Source: Gammaproteobacteria bacterium (GTDB taxonomy: Bacteria; Pseudomonadota; Gammaproteobacteria; Eutrophobiales; Eutrophobiaceae). Taken from it: a stretch of DNA of 64,000 nt. Shown here in pieces: positions 44,226-54,771 of the stretch. Each line of letters begins with the position of its first letter. Position 1 is the stretch's first letter. Location: the NCBI GenBank assembly GCA_965222155.1, contig CBDCTH010000012.1, positions 704,001-768,000 of the forward strand, read 5' to 3'. The notes beneath the pieces are model-generated. The model saw nothing but the letters and a program-made list of their open reading frames with translations, searched no databases and had not been told where the DNA came from. Position numbers and translations under genes: made by a program.

Positions 44226-44701
44226 CAAATGTGCCTGGAGCGCATTTGGACGTCCGCAGGACGCCCGCAGGGTATGCGCCAGGGAGGGCGCATATCAAAT
44301 TCATGCTCGATACGAATATTGTCAGCTTTCTGCTGCGCAATAATGAGCAGGTTAAAGCCCATCTTCGGGAACACACACCGCATGATATATGCCTGTCAAG
44401 TATTACCAAAGCAGAACTGCTTTATGGTCTGGCAAAGCGTCCTGAGGCGACCAAATTGCATGATGCGGTCCATACCTTGCTTCGCTCATTTGATATTTTG
44501 CCCTGGCATGCAGATATCGCCGAACATTACGGCAGGCTGCGCGCGGGTATCGAAAAGAAAGGCAATTCACTCTCTGACCTGGATATGCTGATCGCCTCAC
44601 ACGCGGTTGCCGAAGACCTGACTTTGATAACCAACGATGCTGCCTTCTTAAAAATTGCCGGTCTGGAGACAGCCGACTGGACACAGCAGCAAACTGATTA
44701 A
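44222..44701 (+). CDS. vapC: VapC PIN-domain toxin with N-terminal insertion
   Basis: MLDTN, SIT.AEL.YG, DMLIASHA, LITND; overlaps the vapB stop (ATGA). Confidence 0.9.
   Translation: MTNVPGAHLDVRRTPAGYAPGRAHIKFMLDTNIVSFLLRNNEQVKAHLREHTPHDICLSSITKAELLYGLAKRPEATKLHDAVHTLLRSFDILPWHADIAEHYGRLRAGIEKKGNSLSDLDMLIASHAVAEDLTLITNDAAFLKIAGLETADWTQQQTD
44228..44296. repeat. 69-bp four-hairpin element inside vapC
   Basis: AAATGTGC/GCGCATTT, CGTCC/GGACG, CCC/GGG, TATGCGCC/GGCGCATA; bounded by CAAA on both sides. Confidence 0.7.
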
Positions 44702-44870
44702 AATGCCGGAACAGGATGGATAGGTTATACTGCGACGGTCCACCCTCCAGCAGTGCAATGCTGCGCCCGAAACCTGGATATAGCGGACAATCGCAATAAA
44801 TATTCTTGCGTTATACTGCCTGCAAGATTTTATGAAAGAACACTTTTAACAGCAACCCAAGGGTCTGGTC

Positions 44871-46970
44871 ATGTCTGATAAAACAAGCTACGAAGTCGTA
44901 GACGGTATTGCCGTTATTACGATTGATAACCCTCCGGTTAATGCCATGTCCACGGCGGTGAGAAAAAGCTGCTGGGACGCTCTGGGCAAACTGGCCGCCG
45001 ATAATTCAGCCAGGGCCGCGGTGCTGATATGCGCGGGCAGAACTTTTGTCGCCGGCGCCGACATTACTGAATTTGACAAACCCATTGAGGACCCCTGGTT
45101 GCCCGATTTGGTTGAGAAATTCGAGGCATCGGACAAACTCATCGTTGCCGCCATCCACGGTACTGCCCTGGGAGGTGGCCTGGAAACGGCCATGGGTTGT
45201 CACTACCGTTGTGCGCTGCCAACGGCAAGAGTGGGTCTGCCGGAAGTCAATCTGGGTCTGTTGCCCGGCGCTACGGGTACACAACGTTTGCCGCGCCTGG
45301 CCGGAGCAGGTAAGGCCCTGGACATGATGATCTCCGGCTGGCCCATTAGCGCTGGAGAAGCCCTGGAAGCCGGCATAATTGAAAAACTGGTTAAGGGTGA
45401 CCTGCGCGCCGGTGCCATCGCTTATGCCGGAGAATTGTTGGATACCGGCGCGCCGCTTAAGCGAGTCAGTCAATTGAAGGTTGCTGCTGAAGACATCGAT
45501 GATGAGTTTTTTGCGGGATACCTGCAAAAACTGGCCAGGACGGCCCGGGGTTTCTTCGCGCCGACGCAAATAGTGAAATGCGTACAGGCAGCCATGAAGG
45601 AATCCTACCGGGACGCGCTGAAAACGGAACGGCGGCTGTTTGATGAATGCAAGGCGTCCACCCATTCCCAGGCACAGCGTCACCTGTTTTTTGCGGAAAG
45701 GGAAGTGGCCAAGATCCCCGACGTCCCCAAAAACACCCCCGTGAGAGAAGTAAAGAACGTTGCAGTCATCGGCGCAGGCACCATGGGCGGCGGTATCGCG
45801 ATGAACTTCGTCAACGCCGGCATGCCGGTCACGATATTGGAGGCGGATCAGGCCGGCCTGGAGCGCGGCCTGGGGATTATCCGGAAAAATTACACGCTCG
45901 CCGTTGACAAAGGACGTATGACGGAAGCGCAACTGGAACAGGCCATGGGGATGATTACCCCCACTACTGATTATGCCGATATCGCCGCTGCCGACCTGGT
46001 GATTGAAGCCGTTTTCGAAACTATGGAGGTCAAAAAAGATGTATTCACAAAGCTGGATCAAGTCTGTAAACAAGGCGCAATCCTGGCGAGCAACACCTCC
46101 AGCCTGGATTTGAATGAAATCGCCGCCGTGACAAGCCGGCCGCAGGACGTCATCGGCATGCACTTTTTCGCCCCGGCCAACGTCATGAAATTACTGGAAA
46201 TAGTGCGCGGCGATAAAACCGCCGGGGACGTCATCGCCACGGCCATGGCCGCCGCAAAAAAGATACGCAAAGTGGGCGTCCTGGTGGGCGTCTGTTTCGG
46301 TTTCGTCGGCAATCGCATGTTTTTCCCCTACATCAGGGAAGCGCAGTTGATGATGCTGGAAGGCATCCCGCCGCAGCGGGTTGACCAGGTTGCGTTTGAC
46401 TGGGGCATGGCCATGGGCCCCCACGCGGTCATGGACTTGTCCGGTCTTGATGTTTTCTACAAGTTGAATAACGAGTGGCAGGACCGGCCCGATGATCCGG
46501 TTTACTGCCGTATGATCAATGTACTCAGTGAAATGGGGCGTCTCGGCCAGAAAACCGGCGCCGGTACCTACCGCTACGAGGGCAGGAAAGCCGTGCCGGA
46601 CCCTGAAGTGATGGAAATCGCCATGCGGGAAGCACAGGCACTGGGTGTGCAACAGGTCGAGGTCAGTGATGAAGAGATCATTGAGCGTCTGCTGTATTCA
46701 ATGATCAACGAAGGCGCGCGGGTGCTGGAAGAAGGGATTGCCATACGACCGGGTGACATCGACGTCATCTTCGTCAACGGTTACGGCATGCCGCGCTATC
46801 GCGGCGGCCCCATGAAATATGCCGACATGGTGGGTCTCGATAAAGTTTACGCTGCCATCGTTAAATATCGCGAACGCTACGGCGATTTATGGTGGACACC
46901 CGCCCCGTTACTGGAACAACTGGCTGGCGCAGGCCGCACTTTCCAGGAGTGGACCGAGAACAGGTTATGA
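44871..46970 (+). CDS. Enoyl-CoA hydratase/3-hydroxyacyl-CoA dehydrogenase fusion
   Basis: AGADI, GGGLE, PEVNLG, GAGTMG, ASNTS, GMHFF. Confidence 0.94.
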   Translation: MSDKTSYEVVDGIAVITIDNPPVNAMSTAVRKSCWDALGKLAADNSARAAVLICAGRTFVAGADITEFDKPIEDPWLPDLVEKFEASDKLIVAAIHGTALGGGLETAMGCHYRCALPTARVGLPEVNLGLLPGATGTQRLPRLAGAGKALDMMISGWPISAGEALEAGIIEKLVKGDLRAGAIAYAGELLDTGAPLKRVSQLKVAAEDIDDEFFAGYLQKLARTARGFFAPTQIVKCVQAAMKESYRDALKTERRLFDECKASTHSQAQRHLFFAEREVAKIPDVPKNTPVREVKNVAVIGAGTMGGGIAMNFVNAGMPVTILEADQAGLERGLGIIRKNYTLAVDKGRMTEAQLEQAMGMITPTTDYADIAAADLVIEAVFETMEVKKDVFTKLDQVCKQGAILASNTSSLDLNEIAAVTSRPQDVIGMHFFAPANVMKLLEIVRGDKTAGDVIATAMAAAKKIRKVGVLVGVCFGFVGNRMFFPYIREAQLMMLEGIPPQRVDQVAFDWGMAMGPHAVMDLSGLDVFYKLNNEWQDRPDDPVYCRMINVLSEMGRLGQKTGAGTYRYEGRKAVPDPEVMEIAMREAQALGVQQVEVSDEEIIERLLYSMINEGARVLEEGIAIRPGDIDVIFVNGYGMPRYRGGPMKYADMVGLDKVYAAIVKYRERYGDLWWTPAPLLEQLAGAGRTFQEWTENRL

Positions 46971-47049
46971 TCTTGCCTTGACTAAGCTCGAACGCACGCC
47001 GGCATAAAATTTAGAAATAACTATCATATTATGGTATCCTCATTTCATT

Positions 47050-49716
47050 ATGACGAAACAGTATTTCAAGTCCGTTTATTTCAGAGACTATCCTGCTGCA
47101 AGTTCAAAGGGAAAGACGATTACGCTTGCTTTCAGTGAACCTGAAGCGCCTTACTACAGCAAAGTAAAAGCGTTCAGCAGTGAGGAGATCAGGGAACTCA
47201 TCCGTATAGACAGCTATAAGCAATTGGAGCTTTTTGCTGAAAAACAAGAACGCTCTATCAATCAGGTTGCTAAAAGACTTCTCAAGAAGCGCATTAACGG
47301 CGTTGAAAAAATAAAAGTACAAGATATAACTTTTGCCGGAAGTAAAACCGTTCCTTTTCAAAGATGGTATCCCTATATTGAAGGTTATTCCCCTGACTAT
47401 GTGAAAGCCTTAATCGAAAGCTATTCACTTGAAAACTGTAAATGTATTTATGATCCGTTTATTGGTACCGGAACAACCATCTTTGCAGCAAGTACATTCG
47501 GGATAAAAACGGTTTATTCCGAGATCAACCCGCTCTTACAGTTTCTTATCCAGACCAGGTTGTTGATTTTACGATCGAGCCAGGCAGAACGCCAAAAGTT
47601 GGCTAATCGATTGAAGCAGGTCGCAAACCAGATTTTTAACAACCTGAAAAAGTTTGAAGAAGATAAATGCTTAAAACAAAGCTATGCTGCCTTATTCAAC
47701 AGCAGCATATATTTTGACGAAAAGGTTTACTCCGACGTTCTCCGTCTTCGTTCCTACCTGGACGTTATCAAATTGGAAGATGAATTATTAGCCGATACGA
47801 TAACTATTGCGGTTTTAGCAAGCTTAATCCCTGTTTCTTACTTGAAAAAGTCTGGCGACGTTCGATTTAAGACAAAAAAGGAACTGGAAAAAGAGAAATT
47901 CGAGTTGAGTGAATTCCTTCCTGCCAAATTGGCTGAAATGGCGGGGGACATCGTTAATATGGACTATGTATCAGTATCCGCTCCCGAATTTGTAGCTGCC
48001 AATGCCAAAAACATCGATCTTGTCAATGATCTCGAGATTAACGCCGTCATTACAAGCCCGCCTTACTTGAACGGCACGAACTACTTCCGCAATACCAAGC
48101 TGGAACTTTGGTTTCTACGCCACATCCAGTTCAAAAACGATCTCAGATACTTTCGCGATCAGGCATTAACGAGTGGCATTAACGACGTTAAGCAAGAAAA
48201 TGGGTTGTACACTAAAAATCGGATAATAAATAAAAGTAAACTACTGCAAGACACTCTTTTGTTACTTGACAAGCAGGCTTATGACCAGCGCATTCCGAAA
48301 ATGGCCCGCGACTACTTTGAGGAAATGGATACCGTTTTTTCAAAACTCAGGAAACATCTTACCGGAAGCGCAAAGATCCTGATTGACATCGGCGATTCCA
48401 TTTTTGCCGGCGTTCATGTCCCGACTGATGAAATATTGATGGAGGTACTGCAAAAGTCAGGCTACTCTTTCCTGGAAAAGAAGCTGCTTCGCAAGCGCAG
48501 GTCCAGAAACAAGCAGGTGCTCAGCCAGAGCTTACTGGTATTCGAATACAAAAGGCCGCAGGGAAAAAGAAAAAACAATAATGACGTATTTTTTTACGGT
48601 AGAGAAAACTGGCAAAACTTCAAAAATAACTTGCCTCACCAACAACTCCCTTATTCCAGGAGAAATTGGGGGCACAACCTGCATTCGCTTTGTTCCTATC
48701 AAGGCAAATTAAAGCCGGCGATTGCCTATCACCTGGTCAAAACATTCGTTCCTGATGGTGGTAAGGTGTTAGACCCTTTTTCCGGGGTAGGAACGATCCC
48801 ATTTGAAGCATCACTGAATGGTATGAAGTCTTATGGCATGGACATCAGTGTCCCCGCCTATTACATCTCGTCGGCCAAAATTGCCATACACTCGAAAGAC
48901 GATTGCTTCAACTATATAAAGCAAATCCGGGATTTTATCCGAGACAATCGGTGCACTAACCAGGAAATCCAAGAGACAAAGCAATTCGGCTTCAACAAAA
49001 CCTTGGCAGAATACTACGAAGATAAAACGCTAAAAGAAATAATACTGGCGCGAAGGTTTTTGCAGGAGTCGCCTCCCAAAAATCCAAGTGAAATGTTTGT
49101 GGTGGCATCTCTTTTGCACATACTCCACGGCAATCGCCCTTATGCGCTCAGCCGGCGGTCACACCCCATCGTTCCTTACGCCCCCCAAGGGGAATTTGTA
49201 TACAAAGACTTAATCAAGCATCTCAGCGACAAAGTGAACAGGGCGCTGGATAAAGAACTGCCGGTCGGCTTTACTCCCGGCAAAATCTTTAATCAGGATA
49301 CAACGGCTGTTTGGCCGCAGGAAATCAACGACGTCGACGCCGTGATAACCTCGCCGCCTTTCTATGGGAGTACGCGGTTTTATTCAGTGAATTGGCTTAG
49401 GATGTGGTTTGCCGGTTGGTCGTCCGTTGATTTCAAGTACCAGGTAAATTCTTTTATGGAAGAAAAACAAAAAAAAGATTTTGCCGTTTATGAAAACATA
49501 TTCCGACAAGCCCGGGAGCGTCTGAAAAGAGGTGGGGTTTGCGTGTTCCACCTGGGAAAAAGTGTTAAATGTGATATGGCAGAAGAATTAAAAAGAGGCA
49601 GCAAAAGATGGTTTCATGCCGCTGATTTATTCAATGAAAGCGTTGCTCACTGCGAATCACATGGAATACGTGATAAAGGAACGGTGACTTCTCATCAGTA
49701 TCTGGTACTGGTTTAG
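47050..49716 (+). CDS. Fused double amino-DNA methyltransferase (two alpha-order, m4C-like domains)
   Basis: Domain 1 DPFIGTGTT...TSPPY; domain 2 DPFSGVGT...TSPPF; AT-rich codon usage. Confidence 0.88.
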   Translation: MTKQYFKSVYFRDYPAASSKGKTITLAFSEPEAPYYSKVKAFSSEEIRELIRIDSYKQLELFAEKQERSINQVAKRLLKKRINGVEKIKVQDITFAGSKTVPFQRWYPYIEGYSPDYVKALIESYSLENCKCIYDPFIGTGTTIFAASTFGIKTVYSEINPLLQFLIQTRLLILRSSQAERQKLANRLKQVANQIFNNLKKFEEDKCLKQSYAALFNSSIYFDEKVYSDVLRLRSYLDVIKLEDELLADTITIAVLASLIPVSYLKKSGDVRFKTKKELEKEKFELSEFLPAKLAEMAGDIVNMDYVSVSAPEFVAANAKNIDLVNDLEINAVITSPPYLNGTNYFRNTKLELWFLRHIQFKNDLRYFRDQALTSGINDVKQENGLYTKNRIINKSKLLQDTLLLLDKQAYDQRIPKMARDYFEEMDTVFSKLRKHLTGSAKILIDIGDSIFAGVHVPTDEILMEVLQKSGYSFLEKKLLRKRRSRNKQVLSQSLLVFEYKRPQGKRKNNNDVFFYGRENWQNFKNNLPHQQLPYSRRNWGHNLHSLCSYQGKLKPAIAYHLVKTFVPDGGKVLDPFSGVGTIPFEASLNGMKSYGMDISVPAYYISSAKIAIHSKDDCFNYIKQIRDFIRDNRCTNQEIQETKQFGFNKTLAEYYEDKTLKEIILARRFLQESPPKNPSEMFVVASLLHILHGNRPYALSRRSHPIVPYAPQGEFVYKDLIKHLSDKVNRALDKELPVGFTPGKIFNQDTTAVWPQEINDVDAVITSPPFYGSTRFYSVNWLRMWFAGWSSVDFKYQVNSFMEEKQKKDFAVYENIFRQARERLKRGGVCVFHLGKSVKCDMAEELKRGSKRWFHAADLFNESVAHCESHGIRDKGTVTSHQYLVLV

Positions 49717-50495
49717 TCAAAATTCAACAGCTTTTTATTTTCAGGAGAAAGACGATCAACGAGACCGTAATGCTGAAGTATCTTTTTGATTTCCTTGATC
49801 CGTTTGGCCAGGTCCGATTCTTCCCGTACCTGCAAATACCTTTCAACCCCTTTGTCGACGTCAATATCATGATTTCTGACAGGGTGCTTGCCTGATATCA
49901 ACCCAAGATCAGCGCCAGTAATCTTTGCCAATTCGATTAATTCGTTATTCGTGTAAAATTTGCTCGGCCACCTGTCACGTTTATTCTCATTAGCACTTTT
50001 TGAAAGTAGTGCAGCATTTTCCTTTTTAAGAGGATACAAATATTTTGATGGCAAGATATGGTCAATAGCCCCTTTACAACTTCTACATTCCATCTGCCTT
50101 TCTAATGGTCCCCATCCCGAATGCTTGCTGAATGCCTGAAATGACAATATCCGACAACAGACATTACACTGCTTCCAATACGATTCTGGCTGTTCCGTTG
50201 CTATTCGGAAAAACCCTTCCCAAAACCTGAGGGTAGTCATGGACTCGGAGTCATTGTACTCCATCCCCCAATTTTCAAACGGCAGGTCGGACTCCTTTGA
50301 ATGGATAAATTCACAATGCTTACACTCCCATATACAGTTTTCAACAGCTTCTTTCGGAGATAGTAATTCCTGTCCGATGCGGACATGGTTCAATCTCCGA
50401 CAGCCCACGCATTGATATGCCACCCATGCGTCACGATAGGGAATACCTTCGACCCTTTTTATTTCAGTTGCGTTTATTGTTTTTCTTCTGACCAT
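49713..50495 (-). CDS. Cys-rich HNH-like putative restriction endonuclease
   Basis: CVGC, CKHC, CNVC, CRSC, then DHILP...EN...ANENK; convergent with and overlapping the MTase stop. Confidence 0.6.
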   Translation of the reverse strand: MVRRKTINATEIKRVEGIPYRDAWVAYQCVGCRRLNHVRIGQELLSPKEAVENCIWECKHCEFIHSKESDLPFENWGMEYNDSESMTTLRFWEGFFRIATEQPESYWKQCNVCCRILSFQAFSKHSGWGPLERQMECRSCKGAIDHILPSKYLYPLKKENAALLSKSANENKRDRWPSKFYTNNELIELAKITGADLGLISGKHPVRNHDIDVDKGVERYLQVREESDLAKRIKEIKKILQHYGLVDRLSPENKKLLNFD

Positions 50496-50702
50496 CTTAG
50501 CGTGTTTCCTGTTCAGTACACCTGCTGAGGGGAAGTGGATATATTCTGCATAAAATTTCCTAAAAACTGACTATTAAAGATATTTTGAAATTAATTTAAT
50601 TACTAAGTATTATCTCCGTACTTGAAAAATAAGAATAATATCAGTTATCGCCAGCGTCGAGTATCAACAGTATACTCACACCAATTTCCATAACTTACAC
50701 AG

Positions 50703-53165
50703 GTGCCCGGAATGAATAACCGAGTGATACAAACCCCTTGCATCATCGCGATGGTGATTGCGACAATACTATTCACGGAGGCCACGGCAATCCTGAAGCC
50801 AGCCCATGCCCAGGGCAGGAGCAGCGCATTGCTCGAGGAAATTGTGGTCACCGCGCGCAAACGCGAAGAAAACCTCCAGGATGCCCCCATTGCCGTATCC
50901 GCGTTTACCGGAGACGCCCTGGACTTTCGCGGCGTCACGGAAATCGGCAAGCTGGACCAGTTTGTGCCTAACCTTGTCCTGAATGAATCAACTACTTATT
51001 CCAACGTCTCCAATGCCGCTGTATACATCCGTGGTATCGGGCAGAATGACTTTACGCCGGTGATCGACCCCGGTGTGGGCATCTATGTTGACGGCGTCTA
51101 CCTGGGCCGTTCCGTTGGCGCGGTATTGGATATCGTTGACGTGGATCGGATTGAGGTGTTGCGCGGACCGCAGGGCACACTATTCGGTCGCAACACCATC
51201 GGCGGCGCCATCAGTCTCAGCAGCAAAAAACCTGACGAAGAGTTCGGCGGCAAGGTGGATGTCAAGTACGGCACCGATGATCGCTTTAACGTCAGGGGTA
51301 CAGTCAACATTCCTTTTGGCGATAAGTTCTTCGCCCGTTTGTCGGCGGCCACCTTCCTGCAGGACGGCTATGTCACCCGTGTGGTTGACGGCAAGGACCT
51401 GGGAGACCAGGACGTAGTGGCCCTGCGTGGCGCACTGCGCTGGCTGCCTGCCAACAATCTTGATATCAACTGGTCCGTGGACTACAGTCGTGAGCGCGAA
51501 AACGGTAATCCTTTTGTTCTGGCCGGTATCCAACCGCTTAACGTCGGCATACTGACTGGCGGTGGTCCGTCCATGACCCTGGCGGCCAACACCCTGGCCG
51601 CGCAGTTGGCCACCGGCGGGCCGCCGTCAGTTCTTGGAGGCGAATTTTTTAATGTACTTCATCCCAGCGGGTTCCCGTTCCAGTTCCTGGCCTGCTTTTC
51701 ACCTCAGAATGCCAACAACCCCGTCTGTTTCAACCAGCAATATATAGACAATGGCGACAAGAAACTGAATTACAGCTCCGATCCCTCTTACCAGAAACTG
51801 GATGTCTGGGGCACGGGTCTGACCGTCGACTGGCAAATCAACGAGAAACTCAAGGTGAAGTCAATCAGTTCAATGCGTGGCTTTGAAGGTGACTTTGAAG
51901 GCGACCAGGATGGCTCTCCAATCCGGGTTTCCTACCTCATCGATATTTACCAGCACGAGCAGTTCAGTCAGGAGTTGCAACTGCTGGGAACCAGTTTTGC
52001 CGACCGCCTGGACTGGATAGTAGGCGGTTATTACTTTGAGGAAGACGGGAAGAACATCAACCCGGTGCGTTTTTCCCAGGTATACCTGCAATCCGGCGGG
52101 CATTATGACGCGGATTCCTGGGCGCTTTTTGCCCAGGGCACCTGGCACTTCACTGATCAACTGGACCTGACCTTCGGCCTGCGTTACACCGAGGATACCC
52201 GCGATTATCTGCCGGACCAGTACATCGAATTCCTGCCGACGGGACCCTTGCCCATACCGGGAACCAATATCGGCGACCGGCCGCTCCCGTATGAATGGAC
52301 CTCGAGTGGAACCTCGGAACTGGTGCCCATGGTGAACCTGTCCTACCGCTGGAATGAAAGCCTGATGACCTATTTCACTTATTCCGAAGGTTTCAAGTCC
52401 GGCGGTTATACGCAACGCATCTTCCCGCCTGAGGCCAGCACGCCGAGTTTTGATCCCGAGTTTGTCAAATCCTACGAAGGCGGTTTCAAGTTCGATGGCT
52501 GGAACGATCGGTTGCGCTTTAATGTCGCCGTCTTTTTTACCGATTACACCGACCTGCAATTGTTGGTGGCCGATCCGTCCCGACTCGGGCCTTTTGTCAG
52601 CAACGCCGGTGACGCGGAAGTCGTCGGGGTGGAGCTGGAAACGCTGCTGAACCCGGCGGAAGGCTGGTATATCACCGGCAGCGCGGGGATGACCGATATT
52701 GATCGCACCGCGCTGGGAGGCGGCGTACAGGGTTTAACCCTGGACAGCCCGTTCCAGCATATTTCCAAGTGGACGGCTAATGCCCAAATTTACAAGGAAT
52801 TCGCCATTGGTGACCTGGGTTACCTGACTCCCCGGTTTGAATGGTCTTATCGCACGGATTGGGGCACAAACTCAAACAACGTCCCTCGTGTGGGTGATGA
52901 CGTTCTGCCCGGCGGGCCGTTTGCCGGCGTACCGCTGAGTTTCGGCGTGCCCAATCCGGTTCTGGAAGAGGATGATCTGCACCTGCTCAACGCCAGCGTG
53001 CGCTGGGATGTGCGTAATTCCGGCTTGTCTGTTTCGGGTGGCGTGGACAACCTGACCGACGAAGAATACACCGTATTCGCCAATTACCAGGACGGCTTTG
53101 GTTTTACTCAACAAACGTTTGATCGCGGTCGGCAATGGTACATACAGGCTGGTTACGAGTTCTGA
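50703..53165 (+). CDS. TonB-dependent receptor
   Basis: EEIVVTARKREENLQD, RIEVLRGPQGTLFGRN, terminal YEF. Confidence 0.95.
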   Translation: MPGMNNRVIQTPCIIAMVIATILFTEATAILKPAHAQGRSSALLEEIVVTARKREENLQDAPIAVSAFTGDALDFRGVTEIGKLDQFVPNLVLNESTTYSNVSNAAVYIRGIGQNDFTPVIDPGVGIYVDGVYLGRSVGAVLDIVDVDRIEVLRGPQGTLFGRNTIGGAISLSSKKPDEEFGGKVDVKYGTDDRFNVRGTVNIPFGDKFFARLSAATFLQDGYVTRVVDGKDLGDQDVVALRGALRWLPANNLDINWSVDYSRERENGNPFVLAGIQPLNVGILTGGGPSMTLAANTLAAQLATGGPPSVLGGEFFNVLHPSGFPFQFLACFSPQNANNPVCFNQQYIDNGDKKLNYSSDPSYQKLDVWGTGLTVDWQINEKLKVKSISSMRGFEGDFEGDQDGSPIRVSYLIDIYQHEQFSQELQLLGTSFADRLDWIVGGYYFEEDGKNINPVRFSQVYLQSGGHYDADSWALFAQGTWHFTDQLDLTFGLRYTEDTRDYLPDQYIEFLPTGPLPIPGTNIGDRPLPYEWTSSGTSELVPMVNLSYRWNESLMTYFTYSEGFKSGGYTQRIFPPEASTPSFDPEFVKSYEGGFKFDGWNDRLRFNVAVFFTDYTDLQLLVADPSRLGPFVSNAGDAEVVGVELETLLNPAEGWYITGSAGMTDIDRTALGGGVQGLTLDSPFQHISKWTANAQIYKEFAIGDLGYLTPRFEWSYRTDWGTNSNNVPRVGDDVLPGGPFAGVPLSFGVPNPVLEEDDLHLLNASVRWDVRNSGLSVSGGVDNLTDEEYTVFANYQDGFGFTQQTFDRGRQWYIQAGYEF

Positions 53166-53291
53166 TTTGAGGAAAACAGGAGACAGATCAGGTTTTCCCT
53201 GTCATATGCCACAGAGGACAAAGAAATCACAGAGCGTATGTGTCGGGGTGTGACTGATAGTGTGGTCAAAATCGATGTATGTATATAACGC

Positions 53292-53321
53292 CGTAATTCC
53301 GGGCTTGACCCGGAATCCAGT
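53292..53321. repeat. Single REP-like palindrome related to family A
   Basis: CGTAATTCCGGGCTTGACCCGGAATCCAGT. Confidence 0.7.
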
Positions 53322-53361
53322 GGATAAGCCTTCGTGTGGCCTTTTACGGAAATAACGTGGC

Positions 53362-54771
53362 GTGAACATCCTTGAATTGACGCTGGTCAAGGCGCTTGAA
53401 CTGATGCGGGCCAGGGAGTTCAGCGCAGTCGAGTACGTTCAGGCAATGTTGGAGCGTAACAGGGAGGCAGCTCATTTAAATGCAGTAATTTGCCTGGATG
53501 AACAGTCTGTGCTGGATTCCGCAGCACAACGGGACGGGCAACGACAGGATAATGACAATCCGGCGCTGCTCGGCGCTCCCCTGTTGCTGAAAGACAATAT
53601 CAACAGCGCTAACCTGCCCACCACAGGTTGTACGCCGGCGTTGACAGGTAATATCCCGCCGGCAAATGCCCCGATTGTCGGGACGTTACTCAATGCGGGC
53701 GTGGTCATCTTCGGCAAGGCAAACATGCACGAACTGGCCTTTGGCATCACCAATAACAATCCCACGTTCGGACCGGCCAGGAACCCTTATAACCCGAGCC
53801 TGATCCCGGGAGGCAGCAGTGGCGGCACCGCGTCTGCCGTCGCGGCAGGTATACTGCCTGCAGGGCTTGGCACGGATACCGGCGGGTCATCGCGCCTGCC
53901 TGCCGCTTTGTGCGGGATCTGCGGGTTCAGGCCAACCATAGGGCGTTATCCGACAACCGGGGTCATCCCGATTTCCACTACCCGGGATACGCCGGGACCC
54001 ATGGCCAGGGCGGTTGAGGATATACAGTTGCTGGACCGGGTCATGGCCGCCGATCAGGAACCCATTGAGGCAGTCAACCTGGCCGATGTAAGACTGGGAG
54101 TCCCCAGAGCTTACTATTATGAAAACCTGGAAACAGGCATGGTCAAGGTGATTGAGTCTACCCTTGAGTTGCTCGCCAGGTCATGCAAGGCACTGGTTGA
54201 AGTCGACCTGGAACGGGTAGCTGATTTAAACCACAAGGTGGGTTTCCCTGTAGCGCTGTACGAGGCCCGGCGCGACATGATGAAATACCTCGCTGGTTCC
54301 GCCCCCGGCATCTCCATCGAAGATGTACTTGCACAAATAGCCAGCCCGGACGTGAAAGAAATTTACCGCGCGGTAGTATCCGCTGAGGCTGTTACCGAGG
54401 CTGCGTACAGAGATGCAATAAACGTTCATCGTCCTGAGATGCAGGCGATATTTTCCGGCTATTTCGCCGATAACAACCTCGATGCGCTAGTCATCCCCAC
54501 AGTCACAATGACCGCGCCCCCCATAGGTCATGATAATACCGTTGAACTGAACGGAAGACAACAACCCACCATGGCGACGATAATTCGTAATACTGACCCT
54601 TCCAGCAACGTCGGTATACCCAGCCTGTCCGTTGCCGTCGGCCTGGCGGCAAACGGCCTGCCTATCGGAGTCTGCCTGGAAGGACCGGCGGGGTCTGATC
54701 GGAGGTTACTGGCCATCGGGAAGGCCCTTCAGGATGAGGTTGGTTTTTTACCGCGACCTGCTGTCAATTGA
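53362..54771 (+). CDS. Amidase signature enzyme, IaaH/mandelamide hydrolase-like
   Basis: LKDNI, NMHELAFGIT, GGSSGG, GTDTGGSSRLPA, RNTDPSSN. Confidence 0.88.
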   Translation: MNILELTLVKALELMRAREFSAVEYVQAMLERNREAAHLNAVICLDEQSVLDSAAQRDGQRQDNDNPALLGAPLLLKDNINSANLPTTGCTPALTGNIPPANAPIVGTLLNAGVVIFGKANMHELAFGITNNNPTFGPARNPYNPSLIPGGSSGGTASAVAAGILPAGLGTDTGGSSRLPAALCGICGFRPTIGRYPTTGVIPISTTRDTPGPMARAVEDIQLLDRVMAADQEPIEAVNLADVRLGVPRAYYYENLETGMVKVIESTLELLARSCKALVEVDLERVADLNHKVGFPVALYEARRDMMKYLAGSAPGISIEDVLAQIASPDVKEIYRAVVSAEAVTEAAYRDAINVHRPEMQAIFSGYFADNNLDALVIPTVTMTAPPIGHDNTVELNGRQQPTMATIIRNTDPSSNVGIPSLSVAVGLAANGLPIGVCLEGPAGSDRRLLAIGKALQDEVGFLPRPAVN

